DNA from: a virus
Strand: one strand, 5' to 3'
DNA: 64,000 nt
Virus record (IMG/VR): IMGVR_UViG_3300043331_000728
Below, piece after piece: positions 9,857 through 19,297 of this stretch (its first letter is position 1; each line of letters begins with the position of its first letter). The position numbers and the translations under genes were made by a program. The notes beneath the pieces were generated by a model. It was not told the origin of the DNA. It did no database searches and was given only the letters and a program-made list of their open reading frames with translations.

Positions 9857-10208
9857 GGCGACGCGGCGACGTGTGCCGTAATGACACGTCGCCGTGGCGT
9901 ACGATCGTTTCTGCTATAAAATCTGCACTGTTACACGCGCGGCGACGCGGCGACGCGAGTTTTCCGGGGGAGAGGGTGTGTGTGGATCTTACTACCAGGA
10001 AGCGACGTGTTTACGTCTTCTCTCTCTCTCAGGTTCTTTAATTATTGAATAGTTACTACACAGATGAGGAAGATATGGCGGGTGACCCTCAACCCTGAAA
10101 AACTGACGTCGCCACGTCGCCGACAATGTAAATCATGTCACAGTAAGCAAAAAACAGGCGACGCGAGGGGCGACGTGACAAATTGGCTCACGTCGCCACG
10201 TCGCCGAT
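9857..10208. repeat. iteron-like array: six GGCGACG(C/T)G dimers in both orientations flanking an AT-rich core
   Basis: ggcgacgcggcgacgtg 9857-9873; ggcgacgcggcgacgcgag 9951-9969; gacgtcgccacgtcgccgac 10105-10124; ggcgacgcgaggggcgacgtgaca 10157-10180; cacgtcgccacgtcgccgat 10189-10208; AT-rich 10021-10080. Confidence 0.6.
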
Positions 10209-10271
10209 CGCCCTATATAGGAAATCTCGTTTCTACTTGACGTGTAGACCTTACATGCAGGAGAATCAGCC

Positions 10272-10970
10272 GTGGCCAACCCCTTAGATCGCCTCGTGCA
10301 GCGCGCTGTGGTGGCCTACATGAAGGCGATCGGTAATGAGGCGCCTGAGGCCATCCTGGCGGGCTACAGGACCCTTTGGCCGATGTTCCACGACGAGCGG
10401 GCTCAGACGGCCCTCTACACGGCCTACCAGAAGGCGGCTGGTCGACCCCCGATGGATGCCCCGCCACTGGCGGTCATGGTGACGGACACCCTCCTGCCGT
10501 GGGCTTTCTACCTGACGCAGGGGCCGAAGCCGCCCGAACAGATGCCGGCGCACGCTATTCCGAGGCCGGTGATCGATGTGGCGTACACCGAGCTGGCTCC
10601 GGCTGGGCTCCGGCCTGCGCTCCATAGAGAGGTGGTGCGCTTATGGGAAAGCCGACACACCACCCCCGTCCCGGACGCCGTATTCAAAATGTTCGAGGAC
10701 AGCGGGTGGGAGGTAACGGAGGGGAGAGCGTGGTCGAGCGCCGCCGGCGACTCGCACTGGCTCAGCGTGCTGAAAAAGGCGACGACGGGATCGACTGGCA
10801 CTGGTGGATCAGGCTCAGCTCGTTTCTCCAAGCCAAAGCCGCCCGCGTCTGCCGCACGTGCAGCTATGTCTACGACGAAGCGGGTAGTCGACCCGTTGCC
10901 TGGTCGACGTTCGACCTCGCATGGATCTGTGGCCCCTGTTTCTACTGAAGAAGGAGATCTGTTTCCGTGA
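10272..10970 (+). CDS. hypothetical protein
   Basis: 232-aa ORF after RBS-like ggagaa. Confidence 0.4.
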   Translation: MANPLDRLVQRAVVAYMKAIGNEAPEAILAGYRTLWPMFHDERAQTALYTAYQKAAGRPPMDAPPLAVMVTDTLLPWAFYLTQGPKPPEQMPAHAIPRPVIDVAYTELAPAGLRPALHREVVRLWESRHTTPVPDAVFKMFEDSGWEVTEGRAWSSAAGDSHWLSVLKKATTGSTGTGGSGSARFSKPKPPASAARAAMSTTKRVVDPLPGRRSTSHGSVAPVSTEEGDLFP

Positions 10971-11812
10971 TTCACGTGTTGTACCACAAGGGGTGCCCAG
11001 ATGGATTCGGCGCGGCGTGGGCAGCCTTCCAGAGGTTCACCTTCGATGCCGAGTACACCGCCGTGCAGTACGGAGACCCGATCCCGCCTGTCATCAAGCA
11101 GGGGGATACAGTGTTCATGATCGACGTGACGTTTGACAGGCCGACCACGGAAGCGCTGGCGCTGATGGTGGATCTGACGGTCATCGACCACCACAAAACA
11201 GCCCGAGAGGCGCTGGATGGATTGCCCTACGTTCATTTCGATATGACCAAGAGCGGCGCGGTGCTGGCATGGGAGTACTTCTTCCAGACGCCTGTCCCTA
11301 AGTTGCTGCTACATATCCAGGATCGGGACTTGTGGCGCTGGGAACTCGATCACACCAAGGAGGTGTTGGCGTACCTAGATTCTTTCGAATTCGACTTCCA
11401 AGTCTGGCGCGATGTCTACATGGAGATGGTAGACAGCCTTGACCGCGTGGTGGACAAGGGCGCGCAGATTGTGCGGTACAAGGAGCAGACGCAGAAGCGG
11501 TTGCTGGAGAACGCCCAATGGATCACCATGCAGGGGCACCGAATCCCAAGCGTCAACACCGCAGTGCACCAATCAGAGGTGGGCAACCTGCTGTGCCAGA
11601 TGCATCCGGAGGCAAACTTCTCCGCCTCGTACTACGACCGGGAGGACGGCGCGCGCCTTTGGAGTCTGCGGTCGATCGGGGAATTCGACGTGAGCGCGGT
11701 GGCCAAGGTGTACGGCGGGGGCGGGCATCGCAACGCGGCCGGGTTCCGGCAGACGGACCGACCTTCGACGTGGACGGAGCCCTCACCAGGGGGTGGCTCG
11801 ACGCCCTCTTGA
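10967..11812 (+). CDS. DHH/DHHA1 family phosphoesterase (NrnA/RecJ-like core)
   Basis: HKGCPDGFGAAW (motif I), IDHH, DHHA1 GGGGHRNAAGF. Confidence 0.7.
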   Translation: MIHVLYHKGCPDGFGAAWAAFQRFTFDAEYTAVQYGDPIPPVIKQGDTVFMIDVTFDRPTTEALALMVDLTVIDHHKTAREALDGLPYVHFDMTKSGAVLAWEYFFQTPVPKLLLHIQDRDLWRWELDHTKEVLAYLDSFEFDFQVWRDVYMEMVDSLDRVVDKGAQIVRYKEQTQKRLLENAQWITMQGHRIPSVNTAVHQSEVGNLLCQMHPEANFSASYYDREDGARLWSLRSIGEFDVSAVAKVYGGGGHRNAAGFRQTDRPSTWTEPSPGGGSTPS

Positions 11813-11820
11813 CCGACCCG

Positions 11821-11988
11821 GTGGTCTGCCCGGCCTGTAAAGAAGTGCTGAGTGGGTCGAATGGGCACGATTTCAACCGGCTGCCGGATCTGATGGGTAT
11901 CTCGATCATGATGTGTCCGAATCTGCCGCCCGACACGATCATGATGATCAAAGGGGTGACGCGTGCTCGATCACGTCACTCCGGGTGA
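11821..11988 (+). CDS. possible small CPAC-containing ORF in alternate frame (GTG start)
   Basis: protein-like translation VVCPACKEVLSGSNGHDFNRLPDLMG... downstream of DHH stop. Confidence 0.2.
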   Translation: MVCPACKEVLSGSNGHDFNRLPDLMGISIMMCPNLPPDTIMMIKGVTRARSRHSG

Positions 11989-12041
11989 CATGCTGATTGT
12001 GTGCGGGCTCTTGCTGGCCAAGGTCCTGATCATGGTGCTGA

Positions 12042-13028
12042 GTGCTCGTCAATAAAGACTGTCGTGAGTTTATGCCGGAGATGCCAGAGGGCTCGGTTCA
12101 CACCGTGGTTACGTCGCCCCCGTACTGGGGGTTGCGTGACTACGGGGTTCCGGGTCAGCTCGGGCTCGAAAGCACACCGGAGGAGTATGCTAAGGCGCTC
12201 GTGGATGTGTTCCGGGGAGTCTGGCGCGTGCTCAGGGATGACGGGACGGTGTGGTTGAATCTTGGGGATAGCTATGCTGCGCAACGTGGTGGCACGCTTA
12301 TGCCGGCGGAAACCCTCGCCGGTGGCGAACACGGCCGTTCGGATTCCGTGGCCGCTTACCGAGGCCGACCTCAACGAGATATTGGTGAACGGCAAGACGA
12401 GGCGCGCGGAGATTATCTGGCTACGGCTCCGGTCGCACATCGCAACGCGCGGGCCTTTGGACTGAAACACAAAGATCTGGTAGGCGTCCCGTGGCGTGTT
12501 GCCTTTGCGCTGCAAGCGGATGGCTGGTATCTGAGATCTGACATCATCTGGTCAAAACCGAACCCGATGCCGGAGAGCGTGACCGATCGCCCGACCAAGA
12601 GCCATGAATACCTGTTTCTGCTGAGCAAAAACGCCACCTACTACTACGATCACGAGGCCATTAAGGAGCCGGCCGTGACCGGTCGATGGCCCGGCATCGG
12701 ACCTCAGCACGCTACCACGCGCGATCGAGACGAAGAGTACGAGCCGATGGAGGTCCACACCACTCGCAACAAGCGCAGCGTGTGGACGGTGCCGACGCGT
12801 TCGTACAAGGGCGCCCACTTCGCGACCTTCCCCCCGGAGCTGATCCGGCCCTGCATCCTTGCCGGGTCGCCTCGGGGTGGGCTGGTGTTTGACCCGTTTA
12901 CCGGCTCTGGGACCACCGCGTTGGTGGCCATCCAGGAAGGTCGTGATTTTATTGGTTGCGAACTGAACGCAGAATATTGCACACTAGCAGATGAGAGGCT
13001 GCGTGGGGTAACCACGCGCCTATTTTGA
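12042..13028 (+). CDS. DNA methyltransferase, beta-class N4-C/N6-A amino-MTase
   Basis: motif IV SPPY before motif I FDPFTGSGTT; no adjacent REase. Confidence 0.8.
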   Translation: MLVNKDCREFMPEMPEGSVHTVVTSPPYWGLRDYGVPGQLGLESTPEEYAKALVDVFRGVWRVLRDDGTVWLNLGDSYAAQRGGTLMPAETLAGGEHGRSDSVAAYRGRPQRDIGERQDEARGDYLATAPVAHRNARAFGLKHKDLVGVPWRVAFALQADGWYLRSDIIWSKPNPMPESVTDRPTKSHEYLFLLSKNATYYYDHEAIKEPAVTGRWPGIGPQHATTRDRDEEYEPMEVHTTRNKRSVWTVPTRSYKGAHFATFPPELIRPCILAGSPRGGLVFDPFTGSGTTALVAIQEGRDFIGCELNAEYCTLADERLRGVTTRLF

Positions 13029-13232
13029 ATGACCAAGGACGCTGTTCAGCGGCACCGAGAAAATCTGTTTCATAGTCTGCGCGAGCGGCTCACCGCCGCC
13101 CCCTCGACTGTAGACTTGCAGGATTACGCCTACGCGGCAGAGACTGCGCGGTACTGGCTGAAAGACCTTGAGAAAGGATTGCGGAAACCGCGCATGGCGA
13201 AGAAGCCAAAGAAGAAGTCCAAGAAGAAGTAA
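13029..13232 (+). CDS. small basic protein
   Basis: 67 aa, Lys-rich tail. Confidence 0.3.
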   Translation: MTKDAVQRHRENLFHSLRERLTAAPSTVDLQDYAYAAETARYWLKDLEKGLRKPRMAKKPKKKSKKK

Positions 13233-13234
13233 CC

Positions 13235-13645
13235 ATGCCCTCGAAGCTCCCCACCGTCCGTGAGCAAGCCAAGACTGCCACCAACAAACGGAACCGAAAA
13301 CGGAGCCGTAAGGCCCGGCCGCTCAATCAATGGACGCGGGAGCGACTCGACTACAAGGCCTTGGAGGCGGCCAAGGTCTTCGTGGACTCGATCCTTTATA
13401 AGGATGTAGCGGCTCGGCCGCCATACGCCAAGGCGTACAAGAAGGAGATCAAGTTCTCTGTGCTCCCATGGTCAAACGGGGGCTATATTGACATTCGGGT
13501 GTATATCAACGGCAATTCTACAGGGCAGGGCGTTCTGATCCATCTCGACCATTTCCTAGCGGTAAAGCGCGGTGTGGAGCTGCTCGATCGTGAGATTCAA
13601 GACCTGCGGAGTCGTGGCCTGATTGGACCATCCCCGGACGCTTGA
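13235..13645 (+). CDS. hypothetical protein
   Basis: 136-aa ORF. Confidence 0.4.
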   Translation: MPSKLPTVREQAKTATNKRNRKRSRKARPLNQWTRERLDYKALEAAKVFVDSILYKDVAARPPYAKAYKKEIKFSVLPWSNGGYIDIRVYINGNSTGQGVLIHLDHFLAVKRGVELLDREIQDLRSRGLIGPSPDA

Positions 13646-13949
13646 GGCCTGCACATGGTGTGGGAGCAAGCAGATTGTACTCGACATGCAGCACTTGGTC
13701 GACGCCCAGAAGTTCGGAGTGCTCGATGAAGTGCCCTTTATGTACCGCTGTTGGACCTGCAACAAGACTTGCTATTCGCATATACCTACACCGCTCCCTC
13801 CCGACTCACCTATCAAGATATGCTCGACGTGCGGCAAGCCTCTGCCGCTGGGGCGTCGGCGCTATTGCCGAGACAAGTGTGCAAGACCGCGAAAAGCCGA
13901 ACTTTTAAGGTGGGAGAGAAAGCGTCAGCGGCAGGCCGAGGAAGGGTAG
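13623..13949 (+). CDS. zinc-ribbon protein
   Basis: CxxC pairs: WCGSKQ, CWTCNKTC, CSTCGKP, CRDKC. Confidence 0.4.
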   Translation: MDHPRTLEACTWCGSKQIVLDMQHLVDAQKFGVLDEVPFMYRCWTCNKTCYSHIPTPLPPDSPIKICSTCGKPLPLGRRRYCRDKCARPRKAELLRWERKRQRQAEEG

Positions 13950-13958
13950 GATGATGGC

Positions 13959-14300
13959 ATGGCGGCACGCAAGTCTGAGATTCTTAATCGCGGGAACGGG
14001 CGCGTGTTTGTGCCTGCTCCTCCTGGCTACCCTGGCAAGAAGTACATCAAGGACAAAGCGGCGCCCCAAGGTCGGTACGTTTACCGTTATCAGGCCGAGG
14101 CCTGGCGGCAGACCGGCCGGGTAGCCGACCCTAAGAAGGAAATTGTCCATCACACAACCGAGGACCATGACCGTGGCGTGTTCACCCCTGATATGGATCG
14201 CAATGTCGCGATCCAAAGTCGCAAGGCGCACTATCGCCACGGCCATGGTAGGCCGTTTGCGCGACCAGGCGGGAAGAAGCCGAAGCCAAGAGGATTCTGA
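13959..14300 (+). CDS. hypothetical protein, weak HNH-like
   Basis: HHTTEDHD...RN...H arrangement. Confidence 0.3.
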   Translation: MAARKSEILNRGNGRVFVPAPPGYPGKKYIKDKAAPQGRYVYRYQAEAWRQTGRVADPKKEIVHHTTEDHDRGVFTPDMDRNVAIQSRKAHYRHGHGRPFARPGGKKPKPRGF

Positions 14301-14575
14301 TGTGCATCGTAAGTAATATCGGCGACTACTATCAGAGGTGGCCCCAGCAGCCGAACACGGCCCCGATCCAGCCATTCCCATGGCCACAGGCGGCCCCAGC
14401 AGAGCTACCGTGGACCCGTGAAGCCCTGGACGCGCTCAAGGCGATCCTGGAGGCCGTGAAGGCGCTGGATGCCAAGCTCGGGCTCCCGGACTGCGAGGAC
14501 CCCAAGAAGCTGGAGTGGATGGAATCGGTGGAGCGGCGCGTGAAGGCCCTCGAAGACGACAAGGGCGGCAAGTGA
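14300..14575 (+). CDS. hypothetical protein
   Basis: 91-aa ORF, ATGA coupling. Confidence 0.35.
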   Translation: MCIVSNIGDYYQRWPQQPNTAPIQPFPWPQAAPAELPWTREALDALKAILEAVKALDAKLGLPDCEDPKKLEWMESVERRVKALEDDKGGK

Positions 14576-14770
14576 GTGCTCGCGCCTGCCGTCCCCGGGG
14601 TCGTTGCTCGTGCCCGTGCTGCAATGGCGGATGTTGCTTCCGTCCGCACCATGGGATTGATGATGCGCGTCTTCCTGTCATTGTTACTCTTGGTCCTGAT
14701 TCTCTTGCAGATGACGACCTTGTGGACGCTGACAAAGATCCGCCTGCTGCTTAGTGGGGCCTGCTTCTGA
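14576..14770 (+). CDS. small membrane protein
   Basis: hydrophobic 64-aa ORF. Confidence 0.3.
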   Translation: MLAPAVPGVVARARAAMADVASVRTMGLMMRVFLSLLLLVLILLQMTTLWTLTKIRLLLSGACF

Positions 14771-15033
14771 TGCCATACTTCCCAACAGTCGAGGAGAGCC
14801 AGTACTTCTGTCCGAACTGTCGAGGATGGTTTTATTCATCTAACGTGTCGTGTCTGGTGTATCACGTGCCAGGATCGTGTTGCCACTACTATGAATCGAG
14901 TGCGCCTGGTCCGGGCGGTGTCACTGTTGATGTGAGGGTAACCGAGCCGAGCGAGACCGTCATTAACGACGATATTGGCATGTGCGCGATGACCAAGAAG
15001 GCTGTCGCATACGTCCGGCCGGAATCCTCATGA
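14770..15033 (+). CDS. hypothetical Cys-containing protein
   Basis: 87-aa ORF with CPNC...C...CC. Confidence 0.3.
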   Translation: MPYFPTVEESQYFCPNCRGWFYSSNVSCLVYHVPGSCCHYYESSAPGPGGVTVDVRVTEPSETVINDDIGMCAMTKKAVAYVRPESS

Positions 15034-15379
15034 CGCAGTGTGGTGATAGTCACGAGCTGGTCTCGGCGGCTATCCATGGTGGGCTTGTGGTAGCCTACGT
15101 GGCAATGGCGATCTTCCACTGGCGTAGCACGCTCAAACACATCGTGAGGCACTATGCCGAAATGGCGCGCGCGCAAGGTCAGAGAGGATAAGCAACAGCT
15201 CAAGGACGAACTGAAGAAGTGGCACTACCCTGAGGGTCCTAAACGTGCCGAGAAGCCCCTCACCCGAGAGTACATCATCTGGGATCTGGAGTGTGCGGAG
15301 GCGTTAGGGAAGGCGGGCGTGCTCGACGCGAAGGAGTTGCGCGCAGCCAGAGAAAAGGCTAGACTAGCCCTCCAGAGCC

Positions 15380-15766
15380 TTGAAGCTGATCACGAGAGAG
15401 ATACAAGCCAATCACATTCACCGGATTCTTAAGGACGGCTTAGGCACACTAACGCCGGTTATGAAGCATCCTGAGTGGTTGCAGTGGTGTCATCTGAACG
15501 AATTTCACATGCTGCCCAATCAATATGCCATTGAGGCATCTTTTGTTGTTCAGGTGCCTCTTGGTCGAAAGATTGCTCTGACCAAAGGCTACAAGTCGAG
15601 GTTCTTCGACGACATTATGGATTCGGCCACACGTTACACGCTCCCGCTCCAGATCCCGATTGAAAAGTTGCGGAATTCTTCTGCCGAAACCATCACGACA
15701 ATCTTAGCTCAGCGCCTCTGTGCTGTCGTCGAAGACCTCGATTCTTTGTACGAAGAATTCGAGTGA
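15380..15766 (+). CDS. hypothetical protein
   Basis: 128-aa ORF; overlaps weaker ORF 15154..15432. Confidence 0.35.
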   Translation: MKLITREIQANHIHRILKDGLGTLTPVMKHPEWLQWCHLNEFHMLPNQYAIEASFVVQVPLGRKIALTKGYKSRFFDDIMDSATRYTLPLQIPIEKLRNSSAETITTILAQRLCAVVEDLDSLYEEFE

Positions 15767-15869
15767 CAGACACCCTTTTCTTCTCTCGTGTCGAGCGGTA
15801 TAGTGACCCTACGTTTCTCGCTTAGCTCGTCTAGCGAGACCTGAAAATCCAGGAGGGTTACCACATACC

Positions 15870-17465
15870 GTGTGCGCACTATCGCCATTTGCTGAGTCGA
15901 TTTTTAAGCGGACCTACGCGATCACCCCCGATGAAACCTGGGAGCAGATGAGCCGGCGCGTGGCTAAGGCTGTTGCTCTCGATCACCGTCAAGAGGAGGC
16001 GTTTTACGAGATAATCCGAGACCGGATCTTTGTTCCAGGAGGGCGCTACCTCTATTCGGCTGGTCGTCCCAAATTCATGAACTCGAATTGTTACGGGTTC
16101 ATGGTCGAGGACAATCGCGAGAGCTGGGCGCAGCTGCTACATGACATCACTCTCTGCCTTTCTACGGGCGGTGGTTTGGGCGTTAACTATTCTCGTCTAC
16201 GTCCTTTTGGCTCTCCTATCCGCACCCTTGGCGGAGTCGCTTCTGGGCCTATCTCATTAATGCAGATGGTCAACGAAGTAGCCCGCCATGTGATGATGGG
16301 CGGCGCGCGCCGGAGCGCACTTTGGGCCGGTCTTCAGTGGGATCACCAGGACGTTCATCGACTCATCGCCACCAAGGACTGGTCCGACGACTTCAAGGAG
16401 ATGAAGGCGCGCAACTTCGAGCATCCGGCCCCGCTCGATATGACCAACATCTCGGTCATTATTGATGACGCTTATCTGAAGCGTCTCTCAGAGGGCGATC
16501 AGGGCACGTGGGCGCTCCATTACAAGATCGTCGAGCATATGGCGCGCACAGGTGAGCCCGCTTTCCGTAATCAGTCCAGGATCCTGGCTGATGACCCTGG
16601 GGCGATCACCGGCAACGCCTGCCAAGAGAGTACGCTGCATCACAATGACACCTGCAACCTTGGCTCTATCGTCATGCCGCGCATCAAAGACCTTGACCAC
16701 TTGAGACAAGTAACTCGCCTGGCTGTGCAATTCCTTTACAATGGCTCGCTCAAGGCGACTTACCCGACCGAGAGCATTGGCGAGATTGCTAAAAAGAATC
16801 GGCGCCTCGGGCTCGGAATCATGGGTCTACACGAGTGGATGTTGTTGCACGGGGGGCGGTACGAGTGGACGCATGAGCTGGAGCGCTGGTTGGATTGCTG
16901 GAAGCATACGTCTGACGTGGAGGCAGCACGCTACTCGGCGGGCAAAGGAGCGCTACCGGTGACCTCGCGCGCTATTGCCCCGACCGGCACCATCTCGATC
17001 ATGGCTGAGACGACAAGCGGGATCGAGCCGATCTACTGCGTGGCGTACAAGCGTCGGTATCTGAAAGCCAACAAACACTACTTTCAGTACGTGATCGATC
17101 CCACTGCTAAGCGCCTCATGGATCTGGGCATCAAACCACACACGATCGAAGACACGTACTCACTCTCACAGGACATCGAGCGACGGCTGGACGTGCAGGC
17201 TCGTGTGCAGAAGTACGTCGATCAGGCGATCAGCAACACGATCAACCTGCCCACCTGGGGCTCGACCGGGAACAATAATCCGGCTCAGCTCGCCGAGCTG
17301 ATTGCGCGCTACTTGCCTCAGTTGAAGGGCCTGACGGCGTATCCGGACGGTGCCCGCTCAGGGCAGCCACTGACTCCGGTGACACTGGATGAAGCTGTTG
17401 GACAGGAGGGTTTAGTGTATGAGGAAGATGGAGAGCGGTGCCTGAACGGCGTCTGCGGGCTTTAA
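15870..17465 (+). CDS. ribonucleotide reductase catalytic subunit, class II (NrdJ)-like
   Basis: N-terminal FKRTY...ETWE...RVA, catalytic NxCxE (GNACQES), C-terminal Cys pair CLNGVCGL; GTG start; no NrdB seen in window. Confidence 0.75.
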   Translation: MCALSPFAESIFKRTYAITPDETWEQMSRRVAKAVALDHRQEEAFYEIIRDRIFVPGGRYLYSAGRPKFMNSNCYGFMVEDNRESWAQLLHDITLCLSTGGGLGVNYSRLRPFGSPIRTLGGVASGPISLMQMVNEVARHVMMGGARRSALWAGLQWDHQDVHRLIATKDWSDDFKEMKARNFEHPAPLDMTNISVIIDDAYLKRLSEGDQGTWALHYKIVEHMARTGEPAFRNQSRILADDPGAITGNACQESTLHHNDTCNLGSIVMPRIKDLDHLRQVTRLAVQFLYNGSLKATYPTESIGEIAKKNRRLGLGIMGLHEWMLLHGGRYEWTHELERWLDCWKHTSDVEAARYSAGKGALPVTSRAIAPTGTISIMAETTSGIEPIYCVAYKRRYLKANKHYFQYVIDPTAKRLMDLGIKPHTIEDTYSLSQDIERRLDVQARVQKYVDQAISNTINLPTWGSTGNNNPAQLAELIARYLPQLKGLTAYPDGARSGQPLTPVTLDEAVGQEGLVYEEDGERCLNGVCGL

Positions 17466-17504
17466 AGAGGAGAATCTCTATCGCTTTTTGAGAGCGCTTG
17501 ATTG

Positions 17505-17732
17505 TTATGCGGTATTACCGATCGGGCACGATTGGTTCACGCACCAGTATCCGTCGTAATACAAGGTGGGACCACCGCAGTATCCACACACTCGACACTG
17601 AATATCGTGTGGGCAGCGCCCGCTGTTGGCACAGGCGACATTCCTCAGATCCTCTATCTCATCTTCTTTTCTGGGCTTGTACCTATCCATCTTCGTAGGC
17701 GTAGTTCTGGAATATATCTGGGGCATCACCAC
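17505..17732 (-). CDS. small Cys-rich protein (not the main family)
   Basis: 75-aa ORF CPHDIQCRVCGYCGG...C. Confidence 0.3.
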   Translation of the reverse strand: MVMPQIYSRTTPTKMDRYKPRKEDEIEDLRNVACANSGRCPHDIQCRVCGYCGGPTLYYDGYWCVNQSCPIGNTA

Positions 17733-17958
17733 GCCGGTTTAGGCAGACTGAGCACCGAGCACGTTTCTCGCCTGGTTTGCCGGCCGATAAACACTTGCAA
17801 CAAATCGGCGGGTCCCCGTTGCCCCGGTAACAGAAGTGCCCGCAGTGAAAGAGCATCAACGCCTTGGCGTATTGCACGGCTATCTGATCTGGCTTTGGGT
17901 CGTACTCGATGCACAGATCTCCGCCGATCGCTTCGACTCGAAATTTCCTGGTGCTCAT
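17683..17958 (-). CDS. Cys-rich family member
   Basis: FHCGHFCYRGNGDPPICCKC...CSVC. Confidence 0.6.
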   Translation of the reverse strand: MSTRKFRVEAIGGDLCIEYDPKPDQIAVQYAKALMLFHCGHFCYRGNGDPPICCKCLSAGKPGEKRARCSVCLNRRGDAPDIFQNYAYEDG

Positions 17959-18401
17959 GAGAGCAACCTCGGTTGTGTAGGAGTGTGGTTCTTGCAGATC
18001 AAGCAGAAGCTTGTCGGTTTGAGAAGCCGACGCTTGAAGAAATCATCGCATCGACAGCAACGCCCGCTACCGCGCTGTTCATAGCAGGCGTGCTTACATC
18101 GGTAAATCATGAGTGAGCCGTAATAGCCATACACCTTATTAGCCTTCGGGCTCCACTGGATACGCATATGGGTGGGCTCGTTCGGCTTGGTGATCGCAAA
18201 GAACGGTAACGGCCCATCGTTGACACGCCCGATTGCGCTCAGGATATTGTGGATTTGTTGTGCGGTGGGCGCCGGCTTCTTAATCATGGCTTGTGGCTGC
18301 ACGATGTTCGGGATCGGAGGCTGGTGCTCGTAGCGGCCTTCTGTCCAGCCTTCGCCAGTGATGACATCCCACCCGCGCATATCGCCGTTGAACTCATCCA
18401 T
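17955..18401 (-). CDS. Cys-rich family member (variant CxHxC = CKHAC)
   Basis: YRCKHACYEQRGSGRCCRCDDF...CLIC. Confidence 0.55.
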   Translation of the reverse strand: MDEFNGDMRGWDVITGEGWTEGRYEHQPPIPNIVQPQAMIKKPAPTAQQIHNILSAIGRVNDGPLPFFAITKPNEPTHMRIQWSPKANKVYGYYGSLMIYRCKHACYEQRGSGRCCRCDDFFKRRLLKPTSFCLICKNHTPTQPRLLS

Positions 18402-18426
18402 GGTGTGGTAGCCCGTCAGGGACTCG

Positions 18427-18503
18427 TGGTAGCGCGCAGGGGAATCGAACCCCTATTGCTCCGCTTGAAGGGCGGATGTCCTATTCCGTTAGACGAGCGC
18501 GCC
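18427..18503 (-). tRNA. tRNA-Glu(TTC), tentative; apparent C33
   Basis: CCA-acceptor-T arm tggt|agcgcgc|agggg aatcgaa cccct; anticodon stem tccgc/gcgga loop ccttcaa. Confidence 0.5.
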
Positions 18504-18777
18504 TCGACCTTTTCCACGTTCTGATACGATGACAGGTGCCGCATACCACCTCGCATCGAGCAATCTCCTCAAGGATTACCTTGAGGCTTCTTCCCATCTG
18601 TTCAGCAACAGTACCACGCAACCGTGGCTTGATGTGGTCGAATTCTAGCCCAGCGTGATGTTTGTTGTATCCGCAATCAGTACAACCCAGCCGGATCTTT
18701 AACTTCTGAACGTGATCCTTGTTGTTCTTATACCGATTTCGGTAATAAGCAGCGATCGTTGCGTTATCCCACGGCAC
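18481..18777 (-). CDS. HNH homing-type endonuclease
   Basis: CTDCGY...EFDHIKP...CGTCHRIRT. Confidence 0.65.
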   Translation of the reverse strand: MPWDNATIAAYYRNRYKNNKDHVQKLKIRLGCTDCGYNKHHAGLEFDHIKPRLRGTVAEQMGRSLKVILEEIARCEVVCGTCHRIRTWKRSRRARLTE

Positions 18778-19036
18778 ATTTCTAAGATAGCCGTGTCTTA
18801 CCTCAGCGCAGAATCTTTGCGGGCCTTGCCAATCTCAGCCTCCCACCGCATCCTCATGTGCCAGTACTCGCGATCCATCTCGCTCCCTTGGAGCGGATGC
18901 CACTCGATGCAGGACCACCGACCGGGTGGGCACACGCGACTGGTGTCCTGATGCTCGATCCAGTGTTCGACGCCACGCTGGCCCCGAAACCCGACCTTGA
19001 CCATCCGAAGCCGCACTTCACGACCGCACCAGCAGT

Positions 19037-19297
19037 CTAACATGTTTTCCAGGGCAGTGGGATGTTGTGCTTGTTGAGCACCTGCTCCGCATCAAGAGCC
19101 CGCTTAACCCAGCCGTCACGGTCACGCCGGAGCCGCTCGTTTTCAGCGTGGGCGGCGTCTACCTCGGTGCGATGGGTCCAGTATTCAGCCACACGGCAGC
19201 GCGCTGACCACATCTCAGCGTCCGCCGCTTGCTTCTTAGCCTCGTCGAACCACTTTAGGCTGGACTCTTTCCACTCTTCCATCCCGAACTCGCTCAT
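19037..19297 (-). CDS. hypothetical protein
   Basis: 86-aa ORF. Confidence 0.3.
   Translation of the reverse strand: MSEFGMEEWKESSLKWFDEAKKQAADAEMWSARCRVAEYWTHRTEVDAAHAENERLRRDRDGWVKRALDAEQVLNKHNIPLPWKTC

Noticed and set aside
9857-10208. Possible CRISPR array
   Set aside because: The repeats are 8-9-mers in both orientations with irregular spacing and no uniform spacers. An iteron or operator explanation fits better.
17461-17504. Bidirectional terminator at the convergent junction of the plus and minus blocks
   Set aside because: There is only a weak 4-bp GCGC stem with a T-run, which is not convincing.
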